Shown piece by piece: positions 13,802 to 26,100 of a stretch of DNA of 64,000 nucleotides. The translations under genes and the position numbers were made by a program. The number at the start of each line of letters is the position of its first letter. The stretch's first letter is position 1. Under the pieces are notes generated by a model. That model did no database searches. It was not told the origin of the DNA and was given only the letters and a program-made list of their open reading frames with translations. Origin of the DNA: Antedon mediterranea (Eukaryota > Animalia > Echinodermata); assembly GCF_964355755.1 (NCBI RefSeq), contig NC_092673.1, forward strand, positions 26,285,648 to 26,349,647. The letters are read 5' to 3'.

Positions 13802-13993
13802 CGGGTCTATTAAAACGGGTCTATTAAAACGGGTCTATTAAAACGGGTCTATTAAAACGGGTCTATTAAAACGGGTCTATTAAAACAAGTCTATTAAAAC
13901 GGGTCTATTAAAACGGGTCTAATAAAACGGGTCTATTAAAACGGGTCTATTAAAACGGGTCTATTAAAACGGGTCTATTAAAACGGGTCTATT
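13802..13993. repeat. 14-bp tandem repeat (CGGGTCTATTAAAA)n, about 13.5 copies
   Basis: Directly visible, near-perfect array. Confidence 0.97.
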
Positions 13994-14877
13994 ATCGTAA
14001 AAAAGGCAATTTGCTGGTTGATGTCCATTTACACCTACATCATTAGCAATATACGATAATTTAATAAAAGACACTTAAATTAGTAATAAGGCAGAGTTTC
14101 AAATGTTTTGAAAATATTGCTAGGTAACATCAACGATGGTTTTTAAAATTCAACAAAGCAAAACGAATATAATATTAGACTAGATCGCAAAGGTTTATAC
14201 ACAATTGTATTAATTACTGTATATCTCTATACAAACACACTAATTATTATTATAAAACGTATACCCTTTTGTTAATATTTATTACTTACTGAGTCAAACT
14301 GTTTATTTTGTAGTCCTTCTATTTGTTCATGGTTAGTTAATAATAACAATAATTATTGTAATTTGCACATCAAGAAGAGATAAACAACTTATTTTTCAAT
14401 TTAGCAACTCATCAGTGTGGGCGTCGTTAAAAATGTACGATTTGCACTGTCATGTTTAATATAAATAGGAGGAACATAATTAGCCTACTGTAAGAATCGC
14501 ACAAAATGAACTAGGCCTAGAATACAATAAATTCGGCTGAGCCAACGAATTATATGTAGCTTCTCTAATTTATATCGAAAGAAACATTTAAACAAATTAA
14601 ACATTAGACCTATGTCCTACTACCACTTGCTAGATGATTTAGACCTAATTTCTGTGGTTATGTTAAAGGTTAGATAATTATTTCGTAAGTGCTTTCGTGT
14701 GTGTTAAACATTTGAACGAAATGACCGAAACGAACCAGCCTACACCACTCGTTTTAGAATCAATTTATATAATTATGCTCATCAGAAATAAAATTCAAGG
14801 TTAACTAAAAAAGTTATTGGTGATGTCATTTTACAAACCTATTGCTAAGTATCTATATATATTTTTTTGTAGGGTCG

Positions 14878-15825
14878 ATGGAAAATTCGACGTCACATCA
14901 ATCATGGATGTGTCATGTGACGATAAGAGTGGTGCAAGGTCTGCTTGGAAGTTTTGCTTTTATTGGAAATATTTTTACGTTGATAGTTGCAATGTTTACA
15001 AAAGAAATACGGCGAAAACAAAGCAACTATTTGATATTGAATTTAGCCATGACAGACGCGGCTATTGGTGCAGTTTGTGCCATTTTAGGAATTTACGGCA
15101 TTAAGAAAAGTGTAGGCCTAAATTTTATTATTGAGTCGGTTCTGGTATGTTCATCATCAATTGTTATTATACTAATCGCCAGTGAAAGATGTTTTGCAAT
15201 CATTTTACCATTTAAACATCGTCGTTACGTCACGAAAAAGGCATTGGTTACCGTAATATGTCTAGACTGGTGCGTAATATTGAGCATAATACTGACGGTT
15301 TATTTACAAACTGATTTAGGAGATGCGTACATCATTTTAAATTTGGTATCCGTTTCTATTCTGTTATGTGTTTCACTATTAAATGCTCTTATATATCTTG
15401 CAATCATTTTAGCCGTGAGACAAAATGCAATACGGATTAGAAACACGGGTAATGTGTTCCAGCGCAGTGAAAGAAAACGAAACATAAAAATGATCATAAC
15501 GTTTACATTGATTGCTGGTATTTTGATCGCCTGCTGTATTCCATATGCTGTTTCTTTTATTATTTTCTATTGCTTAGATTATAAAAAAAAAACATTCAGT
15601 CAAAGTGAGCTTATTGAAGTTATTTTTATAATTAAATTATTGACTCCGTTGAATTCGGGGATAAATACGTTCGTTTACTGGTGGAGAATCACAGAGTTTA
15701 GAACAGCTTACATACGAGCTATCAGAGGAATATTTTGTTGCGCCAAAATGACAAGGGTGACAACATTTAACCGTGTTTTAACAATTAGAAGTATCCTGCA
15801 GTTGGACCATGCCGGTTTGCAATAA
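14878..15825 (+). CDS. Orphan rhodopsin-family (class A) GPCR, single coding exon, 315 aa
   Basis: Seven hydrophobic segments with GN (TM1), NLAMTD (TM2), SERCFAIILPF (TM3/ICL2), W (TM4), CCIPY (TM6), NSGINTFVY (TM7). The ATG at 14878 follows a polypyrimidine-AG acceptor ending at 14872; the ORF-track start at 14842 is a TTG in the intron. Confidence 0.9.
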   Translation: MENSTSHQSWMCHVTIRVVQGLLGSFAFIGNIFTLIVAMFTKEIRRKQSNYLILNLAMTDAAIGAVCAILGIYGIKKSVGLNFIIESVLVCSSSIVIILIASERCFAIILPFKHRRYVTKKALVTVICLDWCVILSIILTVYLQTDLGDAYIILNLVSVSILLCVSLLNALIYLAIILAVRQNAIRIRNTGNVFQRSERKRNIKMIITFTLIAGILIACCIPYAVSFIIFYCLDYKKKTFSQSELIEVIFIIKLLTPLNSGINTFVYWWRITEFRTAYIRAIRGIFCCAKMTRVTTFNRVLTIRSILQLDHAGLQ

Positions 15826-17416
15826 GTGTTATAGCATACAACATGTTTAATCCTGTTGGATTATAGAATCTCTATACGACATCGAAAACTACTTAGTTGC
15901 ATGGACAACATTAAGAAATAAAAGTGCACATTAACCGAAAGTGCATTATTGATTTCGTAGAACACTGGTAATGTGGATGGTGTTTGTATCAGCGAAATAC
16001 GTAGACACAAATTGTTAAGAACAAGGCCATATACATGGCTGCAGTCGCGTGCTCAAGTTAGTGCTGACCGACCAACCGACCAACCGACCGACCAATACGT
16101 AGACACAAATTGTTAAGAAAAACTAAAATGTTATTCACTGAGAACAATTGTTTATTAACAATACATTGCAATATTTTATATCGTAAATACAAATTGTAAG
16201 TAGTAGTTGTACCATGGTGACATCGGGTATATGAAGCGTCTCACATACGCACAGAGCCAAAATCGCATCTTGGACTTGCACAGTGTATGGACTCTAACCT
16301 TACGGTTTTCATTAAATATATCATTGCATTCTATCATTCTAAATATCTAACTTTCTAACTTTCGCATTCCTCTTTTTTCATTTCATCCTTCTTATCTTGG
16401 TGAAAAGGGAGGATACTACATTTTCCTCCCTATAGCCTCTCCACTCGAACACAAATAAGATCACAAATAAGATAGTTGAACAAGAAAATTTTAATCATGT
16501 ATTTTACCGCCATTTTTCATTTTTACATTTTAATTAACATCGTATCTAAAATTTTAATGAAAACAAATATGGTTAATACCGTACTGAATTCAAGCATCTT
16601 ATTATGTAAATATACCTGTATTTTAACTACTTTAAACACTTACTTTTAATTGTCACAAATGTACTTATATGTATATAATATATTCACCAATGAGAATTTA
16701 AATAAACGTGAGATGAACTCACACAAGACAAAAAAAAAACAATACATTGCAGCTTGAAAAATGTTTCAGAACTTTTTCAGAATTTACTGGGATGACGTAA
16801 ATAACTCCCCATAACTCGTTGTTGTTACATCCACAGATTATATATTCTTTGGTTATATGTGCCTTCAAACCAACATCTATTACTTTTCTTACTATGCGTG
16901 TATAGCAGCTATTATATATATTTTAACTAATTATTTATTAAGATGTGTACTGTGCCCAAAAGCATGAATAAATCAGACTTTGAATTGTGCAGTAATAAAG
17001 TTAATTACTTTAAAAAACGGGAGAAAAATGGTGTTTGTTTTACTTATTAAAAGACAAAATAAACGGTTACATTTAACCAAAACCCCTTGGCTGGTAGCCA
17101 GACAATTTGAATATTTTCTTGCTTGAAATGACAGTTTATTTCAGATGGAAAACCTTTAATGAAAGAAAATCACATGTTGCCATAGGAACTAAAACCAATG
17201 TTTATTTCAATTTCTAATTACAATATCTTCTATAATAATGTAATTAAAATATTTTATAATTTATTCTAACTATTTATTTTACAAACGACGCATAATCTTA
17301 AAGAGTAAGTCCGGGAATGATTTGATAATTCTAATAAAAAAATATTTTCTCTATAAAGCATTGTCCAAATTTATAAACATAGTTTTTAGTCATTAAAAAT
17401 CAACGAATAAATAATA

Positions 17417-19411
17417 TCATTGAGGTATTGCAACTAGCCGGACATCAAGCATACAAAATTTTGACCGGCACGTCGGACACGGTGATTTTCCCGCCATCCA
17501 TTGCTGCGGGCTGTCTTGATTCTGGCGACTAGCGAACCACTTGCTCATACAAGTGAGGCACCACATGGGACGACAGTTGCATGAGACACAGTCTCCTCCG
17601 TTATCCTCATCGCACCGTTTGGTTAACTTGATGTTGGCTTGAACTTGCATACAGCCTATACAACTAACAGGCGCCTGAAATAAATGAATAAATGTATAGT
17701 GTCATAGTGTATAAATTAACACAACAAAAACACAAAGAATCACATCTGATTCTTCTTTTCGCTTAAAGGGTGAGGGTAGCTTATAATCATTTCAGTATAC
17801 AGTAATTATATCTTCGAATAATTTTACATAAATGCTGACCTCTGACCCAGCTGTTAAACGATACACTCCATTTGAAATCACTTGTTCTCGGAAGGCTTCT
17901 GAGAATCGCTCTGTTAATGTTTCTTGTATAATTACATTACGAACATTTATAATCGGTGTTCTTAATTTGGCCTTGAAATCACTGTATTCTGCTGCATTTA
18001 TTCTAAATTAAAAAAATAAAATCATCAACATGAACATTATCATGTTAAGAGACAACTTATGTGTGTTATCAACTGAATTCTCCTTCAGTTGAAACTGTTC
18101 AAACAGAACCAAATTTAGAGAGTGAATGCTGGAGTGAATGTGAATATCTGATCACACAAGGAAGAGGGGAATGCAGTGGATCTTTTCCTGTTGGTTGTTG
18201 GCTGCTGTGGGGGCCCTAGATGACCTAATCCTAATTTCACCACTTCTGTGGATTTTATATACATTTACATGTTGCTGTCTAAACTAAAATAATGAAAAAA
18301 TACCAAACCTAAAGATAATTGGTACACAAAATCTGTACATAAAGCAGGTGTTGTACAAGAATAGGTTTTATTTTTTTAGAAAAAGATCACCTAATAATTT
18401 GAGTGGGTTTATACACAATATACAACAACCAACTATACCTTATAACAAATGGAGATATATTTTGATTTACACTGAGCACTTTAAGCGAAATAAATTGTAC
18501 TCCAACTGGACTTTCATCGGTGTAGTTAAAATTTTGCGATTCTAATGTATTTAAATGTACATCTTCTTGCTGTGCTATATCCAATGTATACGCAGACGTC
18601 TGCAAAACCCATGAATCGGTCACGATTACACGCCTTCCCGGTGGTCCTGTTTGAAATTTATCAATTCGTCTGAATTCTACATCGATCTGTGCTGCAATGG
18701 ACTGCCATGAATCGCCATGATGGCCAACTCTTACTGCAATTGGATGGGTTTTCCAGTCATTTCTTGACCAATAAAAATAAAGTAAACTGGCCACAATTGG
18801 TAAAATAACTGAAATTACAGTAGCTATCTGCCAGGTAAAAGGTAACTTCCAAGGTTGTAATATTATGTCATAATTTGATAAACAAAAGCAATACCCAAGA
18901 AAATACCCTAAAAAAATAAAAGACATTAGAATCTATTAAATTCACAAAGCATTTGTTATAAACATACCAGTAGCTTACGCCTGATGCGAGTAAAGTACTC
19001 TTAGGACGTGCGGCGGCGGCGGCGGATTGCTCTGATCTGAAAGGGGGATTTCCCATTACATCATCCAATCATATTCGCACAGGTTCTACATTTTTTCGTA
19101 TTATACTGTATTGCTTGGGCCATCGCAAATATGTGTGCAAGTAGCAAAGAACAAATTATTGAAATATGTTTATAAATATATAGTCAATAGATATATGAAT
19201 AGTTACCTAGAGGTAGAATCGAGTGAAATAAGATTGTTGCAGTAGATCTCTTGATGTGGTACCGTACAAAATCAAGATTTTCACTGCCCAGCCATTCCGA
19301 GAAAATATTCTGAATTGTCAAGCCTGCTGAGCGGAATTCGTTGGGAGGGACAACTAAACATAAACATATTAACATATATGCAATAGTATAGATAACCTCC
19401 TCAGATGCCAT
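17417..19411 (-). CDS. TMEM129: E3 ubiquitin-protein ligase TM129 (ERAD), 364 aa
   Basis: Exons 19411-19207, 18907-18439, 18002-17840, 17674-17417 join in frame. Motifs PPNEFRSAGLTIQN..WLGSE, EFRRIDKF, RVIVTDSW and the C4C4 RING CIGC..C..C.CRPMWC..CM.KWFASRQ..CPTCR..FC.LDV are characteristic. Probable non-coding first exon ends at a donor near 19494. Confidence 0.97.
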
Positions 19412-19494
19412 TTATTTCCCTGGAAGTATAAATAAATAATTTAAAAGTATTTAAAGACCTTGTACTATTAATAGTAGGTAGTAGTAGAATTTAC

Positions 19495-20108
19495 CAGAAC
19501 CCAACACAACAGACGAGTGCGAGTGTTGTACGTCGTGTGTTGACTTCCTTTACTTCCGTCGTGGTCACTGAGCGTGCGCAATAAACCGTTGCATTATTTT
19601 CACCTTTTTAACGAAAATATTTATACCAAATGCTTATTGTTCAATTGCATTATTATTAATATATAATATTTTTAATTATAAAATAATAAATTTAAGTACT
19701 GAGCTCGTTAAATAACCTAAAATAGTTTGCAAATATTTGGCCACGTGGATTAACTGTTCATTACGTCATGGCAAAACATTGAAATATTTCGTTACCCTTT
19801 ATTTTTATCAACATTAATTTTGTAATAGAATAACAAAATCTGATATATTAGTAATTTTCATTAATTTTACATACAAATAAATAATTTATATATATTTTTT
19901 TATTTATAATTTTACTTTTATAATGTTTAATAAATTTATATTTATAGGTTTTAGCACTTATGTAAGAGTTTTACGCATGCATGACCTTTGAAACGTAAAC
20001 ATCGGAAGATCAAAATATTATTTTTCCAGTGAGAAAGTTCGAAGCCAAGTTCTCTGCGATGTAATTCGCTGTGATTTAAAGTTTTTCGCAAGGCATTATC
20101 CTTTTTGT
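19495..20108. promoter_or_regulatory. Bidirectional promoter region TMEM129 / PERK
   Basis: Divergent start codons about 700 bp apart (19411 minus, 20109 plus); ACTTCCG near 19552, GGCCACGTGG 19739-19748, ATTACGTCAT 19760-19769, CGGAAG near 20004. Confidence 0.65.
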
Positions 20109-23100
20109 ATGTATAAGCGGGAGTTTAAATCAATGTTCTCAAACGTATATTTGTTATTATCCTACGTTGTGCTTATAGTAGCTATTAAACCCAACTTTAG
20201 TGATGTAGTGTCCGACGACCCTGTTGACGTTGTTGAAAACCGCCACCAACAGCAGCAGCAGACAGGGCCAGGCGGGTCTGGTGACTATGCACCCAGGCCT
20301 GGGCCTTGGTCTATACCAGATAATGATGGAGCTATTCCAATGCCTCATTATGTTAAAGACTTTCAAACTTGTGCATCTTCGTCGGCATATACTGGGTATG
20401 ATATGAATTTTAGTTTTATTTTTTAATATATACATACATTTTTTATAATACATTTTAAGTAATAATTTAATGAAAAAAAAAATGTTTTTCTTGCGTGTGT
20501 ATTTTTTGTGACAATAATAAAGATATCTTCTATCATTATTGTGGTCGACTGAATTATGGATTGACATTGTCTTAATTCTGTTTGACGGGAATGGTTGAAT
20601 ATGACATACTCGTCTAACTTCTTGAGTGAAACCTTAATACAAAAGCCTGATTTATTCATAGTTTTTAAATAAATGTTGACATGATAGAGTTTAAATTTCT
20701 TTACATACAAATGAAGAATATCATTGTTAATAATATTGAAGAAAAAAAGTTATGAAATTGAAAAGTTTTATTTTGTTGACTTTACCATAAATTACAGTGG
20801 CAACATGTCACTCCAGGGGTAACAAGACACCGACAAACAGAATTACTATTTTTAATCAGAAATAATATATCCTTAATTACCATTGAATATGGATGCAATT
20901 ATATGAAAGCAGACAAAAATGGAAAAATGTAAAAACTAGTATTTTAGAGAACTTACCTTGATTTTATTTCATTCAATGTTTTAGTATATGCAATATTTTC
21001 ATTTATCTATACAGTACAATTTTAAATATACAATATGTATAATGTATTTTTCACTAATTATTTCATCAATGGTTCTTCTATTATAGCTTCATCTGTATAG
21101 CGTCTACTGTATATCTTTATTTATGCCAAATATGTATCTTGATTGTTTTAAGAATGACATTTATTTATACTATTATTATTAATAATACATTGGTTTGTAA
21201 ATGAATACGTTCATAAATACATGTTAAGTCATGTTAATGAAAATGAGAAGAAATTACAATAAAGGTGGAAAGAAAGAAAAAAAAAAGAAATAATGTATTT
21301 GTAGCAAAATATACTATTTAATTTTATATATTTGATGATATTCATTAAATTATTCATAACCTATGAATATATCCATTTCCATGTAAATGTACGGTATTAG
21401 GAATTTCTTTATTAGACAGTATTTCGTAATCAGTACTTTAGATGGACAAATTAATCAGAAATAATATATTTGCAGCAAAATATACTATTTAATTTAATAT
21501 ATTTGATGATATTCATTAAATAAATCATAACCTATGAATATCCATTTCCATGTAAATACCCTAAAAGGGAACATGCCCAAATGTTTTTACTCCGTTTAAC
21601 TAGTTACTAAAGGAAACTTTGTGTTTTTCTTTATTAGACAATATTTCGTTATCAGTACTTTAGATGGACAAATTCATGCACTAGGAAATAGAGGCAACCT
21701 GCATTGGAGTGTTAACACCAATCCAGGTCCCTTGATATCATCAAGTATTCAGAATTTACAGGTAATTGAATTAATTTCGCAATATATTAAAGATGTATTG
21801 TCCCTTGAAACACAAAAAATGAAAAAAAAAATATTCTAAATTTAAATTGGCCATATCAAAGTAATATTAAAGTTATTCACTTTAAGTCGAAAATTCGAGC
21901 CAAAAACAACAGTTTACGTAATTAACAGGTAAATTAATTAGATTACATTTTGTCTGAGAAATCGTCGCAAGCGAAAGTAAACAAAGATTTCAAACCATGA
22001 GTATGTATTATGCATGATGCTAATTAGGATTGTTTACAACTCATCACGGTTGAGAAGGTGGTTTCACACAGATCGCGAGGAAGTTTTATGATTATCCATA
22101 CAGAGTAGCCAAACAAGCGCATTGCATTATGGGATATGTTTTGATTGAAAACTTTGACTGGAAGTCAAAGTTATTCTTTGAACAAAAAAACATCTGTATT
22201 TCGGTTAAATTATTTTTTTTTGGACTAGTTTTTGGTGAAAGTTAATAACTATTATGATACTTCAAAATGACCCACTTTTTTTCGAAATAAAAAAAAAAAC
22301 TTTTTTTGGGAATTAGTCAAAGGGACAATACATCTTTAAAGACATTGCTAGTCTCTTGGTTTAGTTGCTTAACTACGTTTGTATACAACGAAAAGTACTC
22401 ACCATTATACTAGTCTTTTAGTTGTATGCAGGTGAAGAATATCATTATTACATCTATCGTCCAGTCTCTGACTTATTTAATTGATTCTCCCTTTTCCAAC
22501 GTAGTCAATGTTCCAATTAAGTACGCACTTCAGAGTGCATCCAGGTGTTAAGAACGACGTGCTGCGCTGTGGTCTTTCTAGCGGCAATACAATATACTGT
22601 AGGTTACCTATAATATTGAAAGTGATTTAAAACTTAATTACAATACATAATTATTATTACTAATTGTATTCAACGTAAGTCATATTCTTTATATTTGTTT
22701 TTTTTTTATCATATTAAACAATTATTCTACTGTAGCTACTGCTTTGCTCTTTAGCCTGTTTGCCAGTTGTTTAGCAAGTCTGTTTCTGGGAAATTAACAT
22801 TGCAGTTACTGCTGCTTAAATTTGAATAATTAAAAACTAACTACTGTATTTTTGTTTTTTTAGTTCTCAAACAATGATGGCATATATAAGATAGTTCCCA
22901 TGCTTGATGGAAATATATTTAAATGGGATGGAAGCAGCCTTGAAAGTGTACCATTCAATGCTGAAAGCCTTCTCAGTGCATCGTTCAAACTCAGCGAAGA
23001 TATTACGGTTGTTGGTAGCAAGGAAAAGACTACCGTGGGTATTAACGCCCACAGTGGAAAGGTAAATACAGTTGTAGATTTACTGTATTGTTTTTAGATC

Positions 23101-26100
23101 AAAAATTGGGTGTCAGGAGAGATAAGGGCCAAACAACATAACCTAATTTCCTATTATTTGCATTGTAATTTAAATTCTTCTTTATTCACCAATAGCAAAA
23201 ACAAATTGGAGCAAACAAAATAGCTTTTCCTAGTTGAGGGTTTGCCACATACTAAGAAATACATTTACTTCGAAGAATAACATAGAAATACCGAAAGCAA
23301 TACATATCAATGAAATTAACAAACAGTAAAAAAGGACATAAACAAAACAACAACAAAAACCAAGAGATGGGCCACCATAAATCAGTATCTTGATAATAAA
23401 ACGTTTTTAACAAAATTATTTTTACTCTAATCTTTATATCTAAAGGCAGGTTGTTCTAAAATATTGAATTTGAAAAATTAAGGGGAAGGATGAATCTATT
23501 ATTTTAACCACAACATAAATACACAATCTCAATAATTTCGTGCCTTAAAGTTTATGACAATTTTTTAATTTGACTTCATTAATTTTTTTTAGGTACGATA
23601 TACATGTTCATCAGGAGGATGTAAGATGCTTGGAGATGACCAAGTGACGGATGACGAAGATTTAATTGTAGTGGAACGGAAGCAACATACAGTCAGAGCT
23701 GTAGAGCAAAGAACAGGGATAGAAAGGTACATATATGCCATATCACTATATTTTATTTCTTTGAATATTTATTGTTTCTCCTTTAAGTATTAAAAAATAA
23801 TGAATAAATTAATCTACTACTATTATACCTGTTATTATCATGTGAATTTTATATATTATTTAATTATATACAGGGTATATAGTCCGTAGCCAGAGGAGTT
23901 TGAAAGTTTGAATGTCCCCCTTTTAATACCCCTTTCACACCAAAAGAAAAACTTTTGATGTGAAAAGCAAAATCAAACAACTCCGGGGTTCAAAACAGCG
24001 GCGTTTAACAGCTGAACCTTCTCCAGAGGGCGAACTGCGGGGAAAGGTACCAACATCAAACTCCAGAGTTTTTAGGTCAAAAGATCATCATCACATGATC
24101 AATAATTGCTTTAGTTTTATTTCAAAATACTTTAAATTTATAAAAAATATATAGCAGGTCTAAAAAATAAGAAATAGTATAATCAAATAATATATGACTT
24201 TTGAAAATAATTATTAAATATTATCAATTAAAAGGATTCAGAGTTTCTAAAGTTTCTTCAGCTGAGAGGTATAATCCGGAGGTAGGTTATGCAGAGTAGG
24301 GAAAACATCTGACCAATTATTTGGGTTTTTTTTACAGATGGAACTTCAGTGTAGGCCAACATGATCTGACGTTTTTGGAAGGAAACTTTCTCCACAATGA
24401 CGATTTGTTTGTAGATGACGATGAAGCCAACACATGTGTGGAAGGAATGGAGCATGACTTGGCATATGATAACCCTATCCTACGTTTCACCGTGTCCACT
24501 GGTCGAGTTTATGCATTTAGTAGCAGTGATCCCTCTCAATTGTTGTGGGTTCATGAGGTACAGTAGGCATGCCGCCTTTTAGATGTGGAAAAGTAGAATT
24601 CTCTCTTTCAAAGGAAACATTTCTATTATTAAAATGTATACATTATTTTCTGCGTTACATTTACTCTTTTAAAATAAATTGATAATATATTGGTTTGTTT
24701 GGAATAATGGCCCAGACAGAATTAAAAGAAGCGTTATTGTCCGCACAATAGAAGAAGGCTGTCTAAATATGCCACATTTCACCTTCTTTAGTCAATCCTT
24801 AAGTCAATGGATTAAAAAAATTGTAAAGGAAAATGAAGACGTTAAACGGAAAGACCTTTTTTGGCTTCATATATATACAAGCATTTTGATGGAATACAAA
24901 TGTTTAAACATTTGTTATAGTTTTGTACAGTTAGAGATCATTAGAACTCAACAAAACATTTATTTTGTCAAATGATATTTAGTTTAGAAAATACAAAGGC
25001 ATTCAACCATCATTAAGTCATTAACTATCATTAGGTCAATAACTGCTAATTATGCATATATATTTTAAAGTAGTCATTGAAAATATCTACCTTTTAAAAC
25101 GCCCCAATGAGCGACTGGTCTTTCCTTCAAGCATGAACCATATTATCATAAAAGTCTTAAGTTTTAAATAGTACACATATTTTTCTATCAACAGTTTGAC
25201 AGTGCAATAGCCCAGGCATGGTCATTGAATGATGGTCAGTTTGACCAGATTGATATGTTTGACAGCAACCATATACCAGCCATCTCAACAGAACAGAGCA
25301 GCTACTTACCTCCTCATATTCAACCTCAGCCAATGATGTACCTTGGTAAATTATGTTTGACATCACCCGATTCTCTGTATTATATATCCACATATGGAAT
25401 AATTTGCCCAGTATCATGGGCAAAATCTGTAATACACTGTCACATGTGATGATTAAAGTTAGGCTTATGATACATGCATCACATATGTAACACTGTATTA
25501 TAGTTGATAGCAGGTTCCCACTTCTGTGTTGGGACATTGGCCCATGGTTTCCTCTTTTAAATAAATATATAGCATTCCCAATAAAATTGAGTAGTTGCCG
25601 TATGATATTTTTCAGATATTATATATGAATCCCCCAAAAACATGAAAAATGAAGATTCATTTAAAAAAAAAGACATTGAATAGACCATTTTGCAATTTTA
25701 ATGAAGTTAAGCACTTCCGTAGGAAAAAATATATTAAAAAAATAATATTTTCACTTATAAAAAGACAAAATAAATGACGAATTAAATTCAACCAAAAACC
25801 CATTGACTAGGCTATACCTACCAATTCTTGGTCAAAGTGAATAACGGTTATGTGACATTAAAAGGCATATTCAACAAAACATAAATAAAAATTTTTTTCA
25901 GGGGGACAATATATCTTTAACCAATTGAATTGGAATATATTTATATTTTAAAAATAGTATAACCCAGTAATTGTTCACATTTTTATTATTATTATTATCA
26001 TTCATATAGGTACATATAAAAATCAGCTTTATGCTCAGTCATCTGAGATGTTTCAAGAAGAGCTGCCGTATGGATCAAATGCATTTGCTTATGTTAGGCC

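Noticed and set aside
23984-24050. HDV-like ribozyme candidate (GGGGTTC/GAACCTT stem, later GCGAA)
   Set aside because: No CC in the L3 position, no GG for P1.1, and P2 is too short.
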